NCBI RefSeq assembly: GCF_964213995.1
Contig: NC_135804.1
Span: forward strand, 43,524,001-43,588,000
Reading direction: 5' to 3'
Source: Mustelus asterias
Lineage: Eukaryota
DNA: 64,000 nucleotides
In this document: in pieces, positions 23,761-36,463 of the stretch
Layout of the letters: every line of letters starts with the position of its first letter
Numbering within the stretch: position 1 is the first letter of the stretch
Made by a program: the position numbers and the translations under genes
The notes under the pieces: generated by a model
Databases searched by the model: none
Told to the model about the DNA's origin: nothing
Seen by the model: the letters and a program-made list of their open reading frames with translations, nothing else

Positions 23761-24189
23761 ACAGTACTAAGATAATTACAGATAGAAGAGAATAATTGCT
23801 TCCATATCTCATAACAGGTTATATCAATTGTCACACAAGGCAGAAAGCGAGCAGCATTTTGACTGGGGGAAAAATGTGTTGGATCATTTGTTTAAGTTGC
23901 CCAAAACAGTGAGTAAAATTTCACTGAAGGGCCCTTTCTCTGCATTCATATTTATGGTAGAAACTTGTGAGTGAAGACATCACTCAAAGGAACAGGAAAC
24001 CATATGGAAGAAAATGCTGAGAATGACCCTTGGTGTGGGCTGAGTTGATTGAGCCAAGCCAACAGTTGGGCTGCCGCATCGCTATTCATTATCAAATGCC
24101 TCTGCTGGAAAGTATCCATGTATGGCAACTGGGTGAGATCAGCTTGTGCTACTCATCCCAGTCGAACAGCCTGTTGACACACATTTTTC

Positions 24190-24610
24190 CCCGTCAAGGC
24201 TGAAATATGGGTCAGGAGCCTGCAATGTGTGGATGACAGTCACTCATTGTCATTTTCCCCTAGGCAGAGAATGGCCTTGCTTCCCAATTAAGGATGGTGG
24301 GGGTGGGGGTGTGGGGGGGTGGGGGTGTGGGGGGGGGGGGGGGCTCTCGAATCTGGAGAGCCAGTCAGAGGCTTTCCAGCTTGAAAGGAGTCTCAGGCTA
24401 TAATGGAAGGTAAGTAAGAGAGAGGGTGCTTCAAAATGGAGGGCACCCTCTCTTCAAACTTTTTCAAAAAAGAACTGGGCTTTGCATTCAGGCTACCTCT
24501 GTGTCAGTGGGGGAGGGGCAATGGAGCCCCACTACATGGAAGCCTATAGGTGCAGGCAGGGAGAGCCACCTCCAACCTGAACCCTTTGTCACCTGTGGAA
24601 AATCCTAGTC
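24190..24610. mobile_element. Old GC-rich TIR-element remnant with G-tract
   Basis: CCCAATTAAG motif and a GGAAAATCCTAG end; resembles 55590-56140. Confidence 0.4.
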
Positions 24611-24711
24611 AGTCTCCTTTAACTGATCTTAAGTGGACGTGAATGACTTTAATCGAACACCCACTGTGTGTGGGCAGGTTGCCCTGCCAGACCCATATCC
24701 CGTCTCATATA

Positions 24712-24875
24712 ATAGAATCATAGAATCCTTACAGTGCAGAAGGAGGCCATTCAGCCCATTGAGCTTGCACCGATAACATTCCTGATCCCCATAACCCCAT
24801 GTATTTATCCCGCTATTCCCCCTGACATTATGGGACAACTTAGCATGGCCAATCAACCTAACCCGCACATCTTTG
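24712..24875 (-). mobile_element. HE1 SINE 3' half
   Basis: ATAGAATCATAGAATCCTTACAGTGCAGAAGGAGGCCATTC... Confidence 0.9.
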
Positions 24876-25344
24876 GTCTCCATGATAGCCTGGCGATGGG
24901 ACGGAGCCAGCAGACTGGTACACAGGCCACCAGTGTTATGTTTAGCTGCCTCTAATTCCAACTCTACTGGGGTTTAAAAATCAAGCCCTCACTGTCTCAC
25001 ATGTGGAAGTTAGCCACTCTGGTGAAACATCAGAGCATTGAAGCATTATCCATCGTAAGTGCCATCGGAGAGGAGGTGGAAAATGAGTAAGGAAAAATAA
25101 TCTCTTTAAAAAATCCAAGCAACCTTTCCAGTTTGGCCAAATGATGTAGATCATGTTTTCATTGAAAATCTTGTTGGGTATTTACTAATTAACTAAAAAT
25201 GAAGAAAAAGGGAGTTAACTTGGGAACACGCACTAGTGCCCTGAGTTCAAACACTGAAAACCGGCAGTGACTGAATTTGACATTGTTCTTTGTCCCCCGC
25301 CTCCCCCCCCCCCCCCCCCCCCCCCGCCCCCCATAAACGTCAGC

Positions 25345-25740
25345 TCATCCAAAACTACTGCCTGTATCTTCATTTGTGCCAAGTTCCACACACCCATCAC
25401 TCCTGTCCCGGCCGACACATCTTAATTCCCAGTCCCCAACATTTCCAATTTCAAATTCTCAAATTTGTATTTAACCTCTTTCACAGATGTGTCTCTCCCT
25501 CGCTCAGTAATTTCCTCCAAGCTACAAACCCCTGAGAATTAAAGCTTCCTCTGACTCTGGCCTTTTCAGTACCCTCCACTCTTTATGACCCGATGATTGC
25601 AAACTTTGCCTTCAGTCTTCTAGGTTCTATGCTTTGGAATTCCTTCCTTAAATCTCTCCACTTCTGTGTCGTTCATCAAGACCTTCCTGAAAATTCATCA
25701 TTTTGTCTAAGCTTCCGGACACCCTCCCTAACATCGCCTG
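25345..25740 (+). mobile_element. Degraded L2 LINE 3' region
   Basis: Remnants of L2 motifs (..QFKIL..., FAFSLLGSMLWNS.L). Confidence 0.55.
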
Positions 25741-25774
25741 CCATCTTTGACTTGTGGCGCTATTTAATGGATGT

Positions 25775-26300
25775 GATGGGGGTTTCACCTACTGTCTTGA
25801 AAGCTGGCGAGAGCCCTGCACCACCTTTTTAGGGATGGCCCGCCACATTAAGTGCCACTCAGGCACGTAATTGGACAATGATGGGCCCTACCTGGCAACC
25901 AGAACTCTGGGATGGAGGTCCCACCCTCTGAGAGCTGGTGGCAAATCAGAGGCCAGTACCTCTATTTGATAATGCCAACAGGGAGGCAGTGGCTGCTGCC
26001 AATATGACACCTACCTGAGGCCTAGTATTGTTGCTGGACCCCACACCATGGGTGAGTGAAAGTGGGAGTTGAGTTGCAGGGCGGGGGTCAGAGGGGAGGG
26101 TATTTGACAGCAAGATTGGCTCTCAGCAGGCTCCTCTACTCAAAGCTGGGTCCCTCAATCCAACACTAAGTACCTATGAACGAAGGACCCCTGCATCCTG
26201 GTAGTCTGGATGCAAAGCCCCCTCCCTCCATCTACTGCCCACCACTGGATTAATCCCAGTGATGAAGGATGAGACCTTTGAGTGGGCATTAATTGCCATT
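25775..26300. mobile_element. Old GC-rich TIR-element remnant
   Basis: ATTAAGTGCC..GGCACGTAATT and GAGCTG..CAAATCAGAGG motifs shared with 55590-56140. Confidence 0.4.
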
Positions 26301-26423
26301 TTGTTTCTGGCTACAATTATGGCTGACAGATGATTGGTTGTAATCTGTGACTGGGGCATCATTTCCTCAATAAGTTCAAAGATTTATTTTTTCCTCCTGA
26401 ATCTAGTTAGCGAGGATACTTAC

Positions 26424-26505
26424 GACTTCGGAATATCAAATCCACGGCAATCTTGTGGTATTTGTTCATGTTCTTGTGAGTTTTGCTTAGAGCTGAGATG
26501 AGTGT
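26424..26505 (-). other. Candidate 82-nt internal exon of an unidentified transcript
   Basis: Acceptor TTAACTTCCCCCTCCCCCTTCAG and donor GTAAGTAT; two of three frames are open; unique sequence. Confidence 0.4.
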
Positions 26506-27120
26506 CTGAAGGGGGAGGGGGAAGTTAATTCCTGGTGAGCTAATGATGGAATACTTGTCTGTATTCCTGACAGTGTTAGTAGACTAGTTAGTTTAAGACA
26601 GATTGATGGATTTGTTTCATAGCTGGTCAGTTTTCCTTAAAAAAAATTAAAGTAGGGATACAGTGTGGAGAATATGGTGGGACTTGCCGTCTAGCAGACA
26701 GTTAGGTCTTTGGCAACACGAGCAGTTATAGTTTCCGTGCCTCTAAACCGATCCCAAGTTTAAAACAAAAGTTCACACAGCTTTTGCATTTTAGATTATC
26801 AAGGTCACATCATTAAATACAGCACTTTGAAGTCGTGACCATCCATTTCCTATCAATAAAGCACAGTGTGAGCAGTGTATCTGTATATTTATACCCCATA
26901 GAGTCTGAGTGGCGGGATATTAGTTAGGTAAATAGAGACAGATCTACCGGTGATTACCCCCTGCCCTGCGGAATTCTTTCCCCAACCTCGTGGCTTCTTC
27001 GCATCCCGTTCTGTCTACTAAACCATCCCCCCTTAGCACCATTTCATTTATATCTCCTGTTCTTTAAATGTGCTCCTTTTCCCTGCCTTAATTATTAAGC
27101 ACTTTATGGAATTATTTTTT

Positions 27121-27225
27121 GCAGAGGTCACAGACCTAAAATGTTAACCATCTCCACAGATGCTACTGGACCAACATTTTCTGTTTCCATTTCAGATTCA
27201 TAGCATCCTCAATATTTCGCTCTTA
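27121..27225 (+). mobile_element. Degraded copy of the short hammerhead-type repeat
   Basis: AGGTCACAGACCTAAAATGTTAAC..TCTCCACAGATGCT..TTTCAGATTCATAGCATC. Confidence 0.55.
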
Positions 27226-28464
27226 CATATATGTAAGTCTGTTATAGTTGCACATGAGTGACAAAGATTGTCTATCCTGAATGACAGATCTCCCAGCATG
27301 TGATCGAAGTTGACATTATTTCAGTGGCCCTATCATTCACATCATAAAAAGTGGAAAACGCAGACCACAAGATACATGGACTTGTATGACACACTGGAGT
27401 CACTGTTTAATTGCTGTAATCAAGTTACCACGCACTTAATAAACAGCAGTTCACTGTATTCCTGAGTAAGGTTGACACATACTTTGTTTTATATCATGTC
27501 TGGTAATATCCATTCCATGGCATTATTCCACATGGAAAATGGAAGAATCGACTCATCATCTGTTCCCCGTCTAGCTATCGACCTGTTGGCAGCTGCATTT
27601 TGTTTTGGAACTGTTCTAGTAGTATTGTGCCAAGTAGCTGGCTTCTGAATGGGTAAAGTGATACCTTAACCTTTCATTTCATATTCATAATGTTTGGTTC
27701 TCAAAGTATTCTATTGTTCTCAGTACAAAAACTGAATCTGAGAGTTCTGACGGTAGAATTAGTGTGCTGGGGCACCATAATTGGTGGAGATGTAAAATTA
27801 AAAGGCTGCTTAAGTTACATGGCCAGTGTCAACTATGGCCATTTTGATAGAAGTCAGAATGTGAGTATATTAACCCATCAAGGGTTGAATTTCTATTGTG
27901 GCCTTTAAAATACCTACTTGTATTATACCCATGACGCCACTACATTTGTCAAAACTATGCCAGTCGTGGTGTTCCACTGATTACAGTCCCATCAGCGATA
28001 TTAAAATATTTATTGATTGTTACAATTTTGAATTTTTAATAGACCCATCTTCTTTCTCAATGGTCTAATCGCACTTCTTATAACTAGACCTTGTCCCCAG
28101 TGAATGGGAGGCTGTAATTTTTCTATACTGTTATCTGATATGCTTACAAGATTTTGCATTTTACTCTACCATAGCACCAATACCTCTTCAAAATGATTGA
28201 TACCACACATACGAGATTATTACAGCTGAAAATAATTGGCATCTTAATGTCAAATTAATTAGTAATGTTAAATATAAAAATCGCCAAAACTAAAAGTACA
28301 AATTACATATACACATGTATACAATGTACAAGTTGGTAATGGCTTGATTACTGTCACCACCAATAAATGTAAGCAAAGTTCAGTCTTTGAGTGGTAAATT
28401 CAAAACGTTTTCTCCATCCAATTCTAATGCCTGTTGCTACTTCCACAACCATCTACTTCCTTTT

Positions 28465-28930
28465 TAAATTTGTTGATGGGATGTAAGAATCTTGGGAAAA
28501 CAAGTATTTGTTGTCCATCCCTACTCCTCCTTGATCAGGTACTGGTGAGTTGCCGTCTTGCATCACTGCAGTCCTTTAAGTTCAGGAGCACCCACAGATG
28601 AAGCCAAAGGAACCTTGATGAGTGGCTGCAGTGCATCTTATGAATGGTACACGCTGTTGCCATGGTGCGTCAGTGGTGGACAGAGTGAATGTTTAAGGTG
28701 GTGGTAGATGGAATGCTGATCAAATGTGCTGCTTTGTCTTAGATGGTGTTGAGCTTCTTGACGGTTGTTGAAACTGCACTCATCCAGTCAAATAGACAAA
28801 ACCACCACACTCATGTCTTGTGCTTTGTGGATGGTGAACAGGCTTTGGGAAATCAGGAGGAAAGTCACTCTCCACAGAATTACCAGTTTCTGACCTGCTC
28901 TTTCAGCCACAATATGTTCAGCATGTGGAA
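28465..28930 (-). mobile_element. Old CR1/L2-group LINE 3' fragment
   Basis: Same family as 9468-10567 (reverse complement encodes KLNTI.DKAA.LI..PSTTTLNIHS). Confidence 0.7.
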
Positions 28931-28957
28931 TATTTACTCTTGATTTTCAAATACTTT

Positions 28958-30122
28958 CAAAGAACAAAGAGAACAAAGAACAGTACAGCACAGGAAACAG
29001 GCCCTTCGGCCCTCCAAGCCTGTGCCGCTCCTTGGTCCAACTAGACCAATCGTTTGTATCCCTCCATTCCCAGGCTGCTCATGTGACTATCCAGGTAAGT
29101 CTTAAACGATGTCAGCGTGCCTGCCTCCACCACCCTACTTGGCAGCGCATTCCAGGCCCCCACCACCCTCTGTGTAAAAAACGTCCCTCTGATGTCTGAG
29201 TTATACTTCGCCCCTCTCAGCTTGAGCCCGTGACCCCTCGTGATCGTCACCTCCGACCTGGGAAAAAGCTTCCCACTGTTCACCCTATCTATACCCTTCA
29301 TAATCTTGTATACCTCTATTAGATCTCCCCTCATTCTCCGTCTTTCCAAGGAGAACAACCCCAGTCTACCCAATCTCTCCTCATAGCTAAGACCCTCTAT
29401 ACCAGGCAACATCCTGGTAAACCTTCTCTGCACTCTCTCCAATGCCTCCACGTCCTTCTGGTAGTGCGGCGACCAGAACTGGACGCAGTACTCCAAATGT
29501 GGCCTAACCAGCGCTCTATACAGCTGCATCATCAGACTCCAGCTTTTATACTCTATACCCCGTCCTATAAAGGCAAGCATACCATATGCCTTCTTCACCA
29601 CCTTCTCCACCTGTGTTGCCACCTTCAAGGATTTGTGGACTTGCACACCTAGGTCCCTCTGTGTTTCTATACTCCTGATGACTCTGCCATTTATTGTATA
29701 ACTCCTCCCTACATTATTTCTTCCAAAATGCATCACTTCACATTTATCCGGATTAAATTCCATCTGCCACCTCTCCGCCCAATTTTCCAGCCTATCTATA
29801 TCCTGCTGTATTGCCCGACAATGCTCTTCGCTATCCGCAATTCCAGCCATCTTCGTGTCATCCGTAAACTTGCTGATTACACCAGTTACACCTTCTTCCA
29901 AATCATTTATATATATCACAAATAGCAGAGGTCCTAGTACAGAGCCCTGCGGAACACCACTGGTCACAGACCTCCAGCCGGAAAAAGACCCTTCGACCAC
30001 TACCCTCTGTCTCCTATGGCCAAGCCAGTTCTCCACCCATCTAGCCACTTCTCCTTGTATCCCATGAGCCTTAACCTTCTTAACCAACCTGCCATGTGGG
30101 ACTTTGTCAAATGCCTTACTGA
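28958..30122 (-). mobile_element. Young 5'-truncated CR1 LINE with an open 348-aa RT fragment
   Basis: ORF 29041-30087 has SGVPQGSVLGPLLF, KFTDDTK and LVRPHLEYC; (TCTTTGTT)n tail; 3' UTR nearly identical to the 11893 copy. Confidence 0.96.
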
Positions 30123-30689
30123 AATGGTGCAGGAAGTGACCCCTCGGGCAGGTGGACTGGTCCTCAGACGTTATCGTAGAACGTTTCGATCCTGTGAAGA
30201 TTAACGTACAGTGGTAAAAGCAATGTGAGGAAGTCTGGCTAAGTGTCCATCTTCACCTGGTGTTTTACCTAACCCGAACATATTTGAACAAGTGAATTGG
30301 AAGACTGAGCGGGGCTGGGGGGCGGGGGGAGATTGGGTTGCTTTTGTTTACTACTTTCATTTTACTCGAGTTCCTTGATACCACGTTTGGTCAAATGCCA
30401 TCTTGATATCAAGCACTATCAGTCTCATCCCAGCCAAAGTGTTTGCCTGTTTCAGGCCTATTTATGTGACCCATTTAATACATGAATTGGGGTCCTGATA
30501 TCAAACATTTGGAACTTTAGCCCATTCTGTATTTAACTGAACTGATGTGAAACAGTGAGCCAGATTCTACATTGTATAGGTATATTCTGTAAAATATTTA
30601 GACCTCCTCTCTCAGATTGGTGGTAAAAGTTCAATTTCAGCTATTCCACTCCGACCAATTCCAACAAGAAAGGGCATTAGGGTAGCATT

Positions 30690-31260
30690 GGGTCAAATTT
30701 TGTGACAAGAATCACAGTGCAGTTAACAGAATTGATCATTTTAACAAAGTAAATTTAACAGCAGTTTCTGGTGTCAGGGCATGTGCAGTTAAACTTGCAA
30801 TTCTGGAGGTTGCTGCCAAAGATATCTAGTTCTCTCTGATAGATAATTTGCTGTGCAACCCCCTGGTTCCATATTCAAATAGCTGAAAACTTTGGGATTG
30901 CTCCACGAAGGAGCAAATGAGCTTTTGACAGTATGATATTGTAATTATCATTGAACAATTCTCTGGCCCTGAAAATTTAATTTTCAAAGTGTGGAGTCTC
31001 ATTCCCTCTGAAGATATTTTTAAAAATATACTTTTTGTTCATTTTGTTTTCTATCTGTCTCTTTTATCTCTCTCCCTTATCCCACCTGTCCTTCCTGATC
31101 TTTAGTTTGCTTTCTGTGTATTATTGAAATCTTAATTTATATTCCCTGCCTTATAAGTCCTCTCTGTAGAGGGTGTCAGACTGAAGTGGACAGAAAAATC
31201 AGCACTCTGAATTCTGAAGAACATTGCGGGTAGCTTTCAATGATGTGCACAACAAACAAG
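30690..31260 (+). repeat. Ancient unclassified ~600-bp interspersed repeat
   Basis: Shares CTCTGGCCCTGAA and AAGTGTGGAGTCTCATTC, in the same order, with the reverse complement of 52325-53003. Confidence 0.55.
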
Positions 31261-32787
31261 GTTCTTCCTTTGGGAATCAGTGATTGTTTTGTGGTTACTT
31301 CACAAAAATCTGATCTAAGATGTTTGTTATGAAGTTCAATTTCTTTTATTGGTCGTGTATGATCGCAAAATGTTTTTACATTCCCAGTCTAGATCTTTCC
31401 TTCTAATTATCTGCATGCCATTAAATTATGATTTGTATTGACATGAAAGATTCATTAATCCACACTCATCTCTGAGGAGGTGATATCTTTTATCCTCATC
31501 TAAATTGGGCTACAGTTCAAAACCTTTTATGAAATCAAAAGAACATGACATAATATTCTGGATGTGATCCCAATGTGTTCCCATCCCTTGCTTAAGTAGA
31601 GGTTGAAGTGAAGCACCAAGACAAGTGGCTGCATTTGGGCCTGAATGATTGTAGGACCTGATCTCTACTATTAAACTGCTCTTTCCTTCTAGTACAAGAT
31701 TGAGGATGTGAAAGTGTATGGTAATTTTTTTTAAAATAGTAACGTGCCAACAACAGGGAGTTTGTTGACGAAGAAAACTCTCTGGGTGGATATAAAGCAC
31801 AAGTAATCTCTGAACTGACAACTGTGTTCTCAGCTAACCCCCAATCAACACTAGAGTGGAGTCGTCCCTTAAGACATTTAAAAATTACCCATCTCAAGAC
31901 TGAATTGAAAGGCCATAGGTTTTGTAAAAGCCTGGCATTATCAAAAAAAATCTCTGCAGGAACCACTTCCCACTTAAAGGAAGTTTTGTCTTACAGTGCT
32001 GCATAGATCATACAAGTATCTGAGCATATTGAGGACACCAGGGCTCGGTGGAGATATTTTTCAATGTTAAGGCTCTGTGAATTTTATTCTGATCTGGTTA
32101 GCTGGTCTGAGCTGTTTGTGTGACAAGCAGGCACATGGTTTTTATATTGTCACACTGCAAGCCTCACGGCCTACGGATAGCTTAATAATCAGGAGCGCTT
32201 TTTGTTCCTCAACAACCCAATCCCACCGCCAGCCCCCATACCCCCTTCAAACCCAAAGGGAAAATGACATGTCCGTGTCAGAAAGACAGACGAGCCTTAT
32301 CACATGACAGTTCCAGATTATGGATCCCAGGGGAGGCTCCTGACACTGGTATTTTATCACTGAAATCGCATCCCGAGCTGTTTGTTTTCTGTACCTCCAC
32401 ATAGTTCTCAAGGTGTTGCCAGCAGGGCCCGAGGCTGACACTGACACATGTTGTCACATTGCAAGATCTCAAAGAAAACACGAGTAAAATAAAAAAAAAT
32501 GTTTACTTGTGAAGCCTTTTCTTTCAGAGTTATTCAGGTAGTTTTTTTGATTACCCTTTCAATTCAGAAAATAGTAATTAGTTATCTGATACATCATTCT
32601 TTCTGATATACTTCAAAACTGTCCTGCAAACCATATTAAAATCATTATTTAAAGATGCAACAACTTATCTAAAAAAAACGTAGCCAATCCTACTTGGTCT
32701 CCAGGTTCATCACATTGTAGTATAAGTAATATTGAAACAAATCATTTTATCTCAATGCCATGGTGATTCAAGTAATACAATATTTTT

Positions 32788-33103
32788 ATAGAATCATAGA
32801 ATCCTACAGTGCAGAAAGAGGCCATTCAGCCCATCGAGTCTGCACCAATCACAATCCCACCCAGGCCCTATCCCCATGACCCCATAGCCAGTCCCCCTGA
32901 CACTAAGGGGCAATTTAACATGGCCAATCCACCTAACCCGCACATCTTTGGATTGTGGGAGGAAACCGGAGCACCCGGAGGAAACCCATGCAGACACGGG
33001 GAGAACGTGCAAACTCCACACAGACAGTGACCCAAGCTGGAAATCGAACCTGGGTCTCTGGTGTTGTGAGGCAGCAGTGCTAACCACTGTGCCACTGTGC
33101 TGC
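32788..33103 (-). mobile_element. HE1-type V-SINE, full length
   Basis: Complete head, V-domain and tail. Confidence 0.93.
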
Positions 33104-33744
33104 CCTTTTTCTGTCTGTCTTTTCTGAAAATATTTTTTATTGACAATGAGATTGGTTTATTGGGCTTCTTTCTCATGTAAAATAGGTGCAAATCAGACCA
33201 ATTTAGTAATGGGTGCCCAGCGATTAATCTGGCAGTTTTACTCCCAAACTCATGGAGCCCATTTTATACTCAAAATTGTTACTTTTTCTGCTGGTAAAGT
33301 ACTGATAGTCTGAATCAGGCCTTTTCTGTCTGCATTAGCTGTAAACATTTCATTCATTTGTTGAAAGAAGAAATAACTCAATTTAACATGAGGAAGGTTA
33401 TTCTTTCGCTGTTCTTTCTTTCCGACTGGCATTCTCAACTTGAAGTTAACAGTAAACAGTTTATAATACAAATTCAAACCAAGGATAGGTAATCACCACA
33501 GTCTATTAAGTTTGAAATGGATTTCAGTTTACACACAGGCATCTTGAAATAAAAAGATTTAATGACACTATGAAAATACACAAAAGGTATTTCACTGGAA
33601 ACCAATAAATCATGTTACTGTGAAACAGATTATGCTTTCAGACTCTTTAGCATCTTTTAAAAACTTTTTAAACCTTGTAAATTTCAGTTTCAAAGAACAA
33701 ATAGCACACAAGGCTAATTTCAATTTTGAAAATTTTTGAACCTT

Positions 33745-34660
33745 CCCCTGACTGAGGAGAGAGAGCCTGAGGTGAGAATTGTTAACAATGTGAGCTAAAA
33801 TAGAAACCAGGGTGGGAAGCTGGGTGGTCAGTAGTTCAGTTGGAATATGGTTCAGAGAGATTGAGGTGAACGTCATGGACCAGATTAGCTTGGAGAGGGC
33901 ATGCGGGAAGCTAGGACAGAATCTAGAGAAAGATAAGTGTTCAGGGCTAGAGCCAGGACAACCTTTGAAGAGATTTGGTCCCATGGGCTAAGCGAAGGGA
34001 GCTGTTTAGATTATGTCAACTTTGGTGGCAAAGAAATCCATGAGTTCCTCACAGTGGTTGTTAGAGCGGATGGTGGAGGAGAGATGGGAGAGGGGTTTAA
34101 AAAGACAGCCTGGGGGAGAGAAAAGAAGCTGATATTTACTTAGGTATTTCTGGGTGATCCTGAAATCCTGAGCAGATTTCACAGATGAGAGAAGGACTGG
34201 TAGTGCTTTATGTGGTCCAGCCAGACTTGGAAGTGAATGACTAAACCAGTTGACCTCCATATCCATTGGACTCTATAGATGGGATTTTCTGGCTGCTATC
34301 GCCCCAAAACCAGAAAATCCCGCCCAAGGTCAGCAGACCTTTGTGTGGCCCGTCTCCCCGCCCACTGCGATTCCAGTGGCAGGCGGGACGGGAGAATTCC
34401 CTCCATGTCTCTCGAACTTAAGAGAATGGAGATGAAGCCCACACCAGGGGAAACGGCCAAGGTGAGAGAGAGCAATGGTTTTAATGGCCATTAGGGCAAT
34501 GAAGATGAAGGTGAGGGTGTGGCTGAGGTGATTGGTAGCTGCAGAAATATTGTGAATGGAGGGCCAAAGGCTAGATACTGAGATTTTGAGAATCCAGTTG
34601 TAAGTTAATTTGGAGAATTTGTGCCATGGGTGAACAGGAGGAGATAGTGTTTGAAAGAGA
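33745..34660 (-). mobile_element. Degraded L2 LINE ORF2 internal fragment
   Basis: Encodes SL.HIPTELLTTQLPTL.SILAHIVN.S and NNHCEELMDFFATKVDII, typical of the pre-RT region. Confidence 0.65.
34277..34404 (+). mobile_element. ~125-bp MITE nested in L2
   Basis: GATGGGATTTTCTGG...GGGAGAATTCCCTCC. Confidence 0.75.
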
Positions 34661-34666
34661 AACAGA

Positions 34667-34781
34667 GGACGGGTTTTTCTGGCCGCGCTGGCCCCAAAAC
34701 CAGAAAATCCCACCCGAGGTCAATGGACCTTTGCATGGTCCTTACGATTCCCGTTGCAGGCAGGATGGGAAAGTTGCCCCC
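34667..34781 (+). mobile_element. ~115-bp MITE
   Basis: Shares GCCCCAAAACCAGAAAATCCC.CCC.AGGTCA with the 34277 copy. Confidence 0.75.
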
Positions 34782-34908
34782 TGAATATAGGTAGAGAGTT
34801 CTACAAAGAATTGATCAGAGATAGCCTTATCTGTGATTGGCACTATGGAAGTAGCCAGGCCCTTCCCCTGCAAATTCTGTAATGTACTCCATCTCCAACC
34901 CTCTAATT

Positions 34909-35200
34909 CAGTGGTTCCCAAAGGGTGCGGCACGCCACACTGGTGCGGCAAGAGAGGATGGCAAGTGTGGCGGGAAGATTCGAGGACAATCAAAGAAACA
35001 TTTAATAATGGATAGATGTTTTTATGTAGCTGCATTGTTTTATACTTTCTGAATGTCCCATGATATTATAAAGTAGTGGTGTTCTATTTATGAATCAAGC
35101 ACTGCTAGGAGTTGGGTTTTTTTGTTATTGAATGTATTTCTTATGAGTAAAAAATTTGGTGTGGCGTGAGCAAATTTTTATTCCGAAAGTGTGGCCCTGT
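34909..35200 (+). mobile_element. Possible hAT-type (Charlie-like) MITE, right end missing
   Basis: Begins CAGTGGTTCCCAAA; internal GGTGTGGC/GCCACAC repeats; no matching right TIR seen. Confidence 0.45.
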
Positions 35201-35209
35201 GCATTCCTT

Positions 35210-35482
35210 TAATTTCAGCCCCTTAAGTATCACTGATTTTAATTCCTCCACAATCCCATCAACTCCCTAGGCTCTCTGCTCTGCAATTTCCTCCCTAAAC
35301 TTCTCATCTCTCTACCTTTTTTAAAATCTCCTTCAAAACACTCCTTAAAACTTATCTCTTTTGACTAAACGTTTGCTTCCCTGCCCTAATATCTTCTTAT
35401 ATGGATGTTTTATAATGTTTCTGTGAAGCGCCTTGGGATGTTTTATTCTATAAGGGGCACAGTATCAATATAAGTGGTTGTG
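35210..35482 (+). mobile_element. L2 LINE 3' end
   Basis: CCTTCAAAACACTCCTTAAAAC...TGTGAAGCGCCTTGGGATGTTTT...AATATAAGTGGTTGT. Confidence 0.7.
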
Positions 35483-35686
35483 GTGATCATTTTTGACTTG
35501 CCACCGTTTTATTCCAAGCCAATGAAATTGTGTTGCAGCAAAATTACAACGTCAAATCTGGTGGCAGCAAGTATGTTTGCATTAGGTGTGAAGTTCTCAG
35601 AAAATGTGCATCGCACTCAGGTTTTGGATATTATTATTCCCTGCCATGCCTCTAGGTAGTATGTCAGTAGAATTTCCCATCATCAC

Positions 35687-36463
35687 AAGAACATAAGAAC
35701 AAGGAGCAGGAGTAGGCCATCCGACCCCTTGATCCTGCTCCGCCATTCAATAAGATCACGGCTGATCCTTTCATGGACTCAGCTGTACTTACCCGCCCAC
35801 TCACCATAACCCGTAATTCCTTTACTGTTCAAAAATTTATCTATCCTTGCCTTAAAAACATTCAATGAGGTAGCCTCAACTGCTTCACTGGGCAGAGAAT
35901 TCCACAGATTCATAACCCTTTGGGTGAAGAAGTTCCTCCTCAACTCATTCCTAAATCTGCTCCTCCTTATTTTGAGGTCATGCCTCAAAATGAGGTTCTA
36001 GTTTCACCTGCCAGTGGAAACAACTTCCCTGCTTCTATCTTATCTATTCCCTTCATAATTTTATATGTTTCTATAAGATCTCCCCTCATTCTTCTAAATT
36101 CCAATGAGTATAGGTCAGTCTACTCAGTCTGTCCTAGTGAATCAACCTAGGGAATCTCCTCTGTACCCCTTCCAGTGCCAATATTTCCTTTCTCAAGTAA
36201 GGAGACCAAAACTGTACACAGTACTCCAGGTGTGGCCTCACCAGCACCTTATACAGCTGCAACATAACCTTGCTGTTTTTAAACTCCATCCCTCCAGCAA
36301 TAAAGGACAAAATTCCATTTGCCTCCTTAATTACCTGCTGCACCTGCAAACCAACTTTTTGTGATTCATGCACAAGGACACCCAGGTCCCTCTACACAGC
36401 AGCATGCTGCAATTTTTTACCATTTAAATAATAGTCCATTTTGCTGTTATTCCTACCAAAATC
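35687..36463 (-). mobile_element. CR1 LINE 3' fragment with internal deletions
   Basis: LYKVLVRPHLEYCVQFWSP and FFTQRVMNLWNSLP; (ATGTTCTT) tail. Confidence 0.92.
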
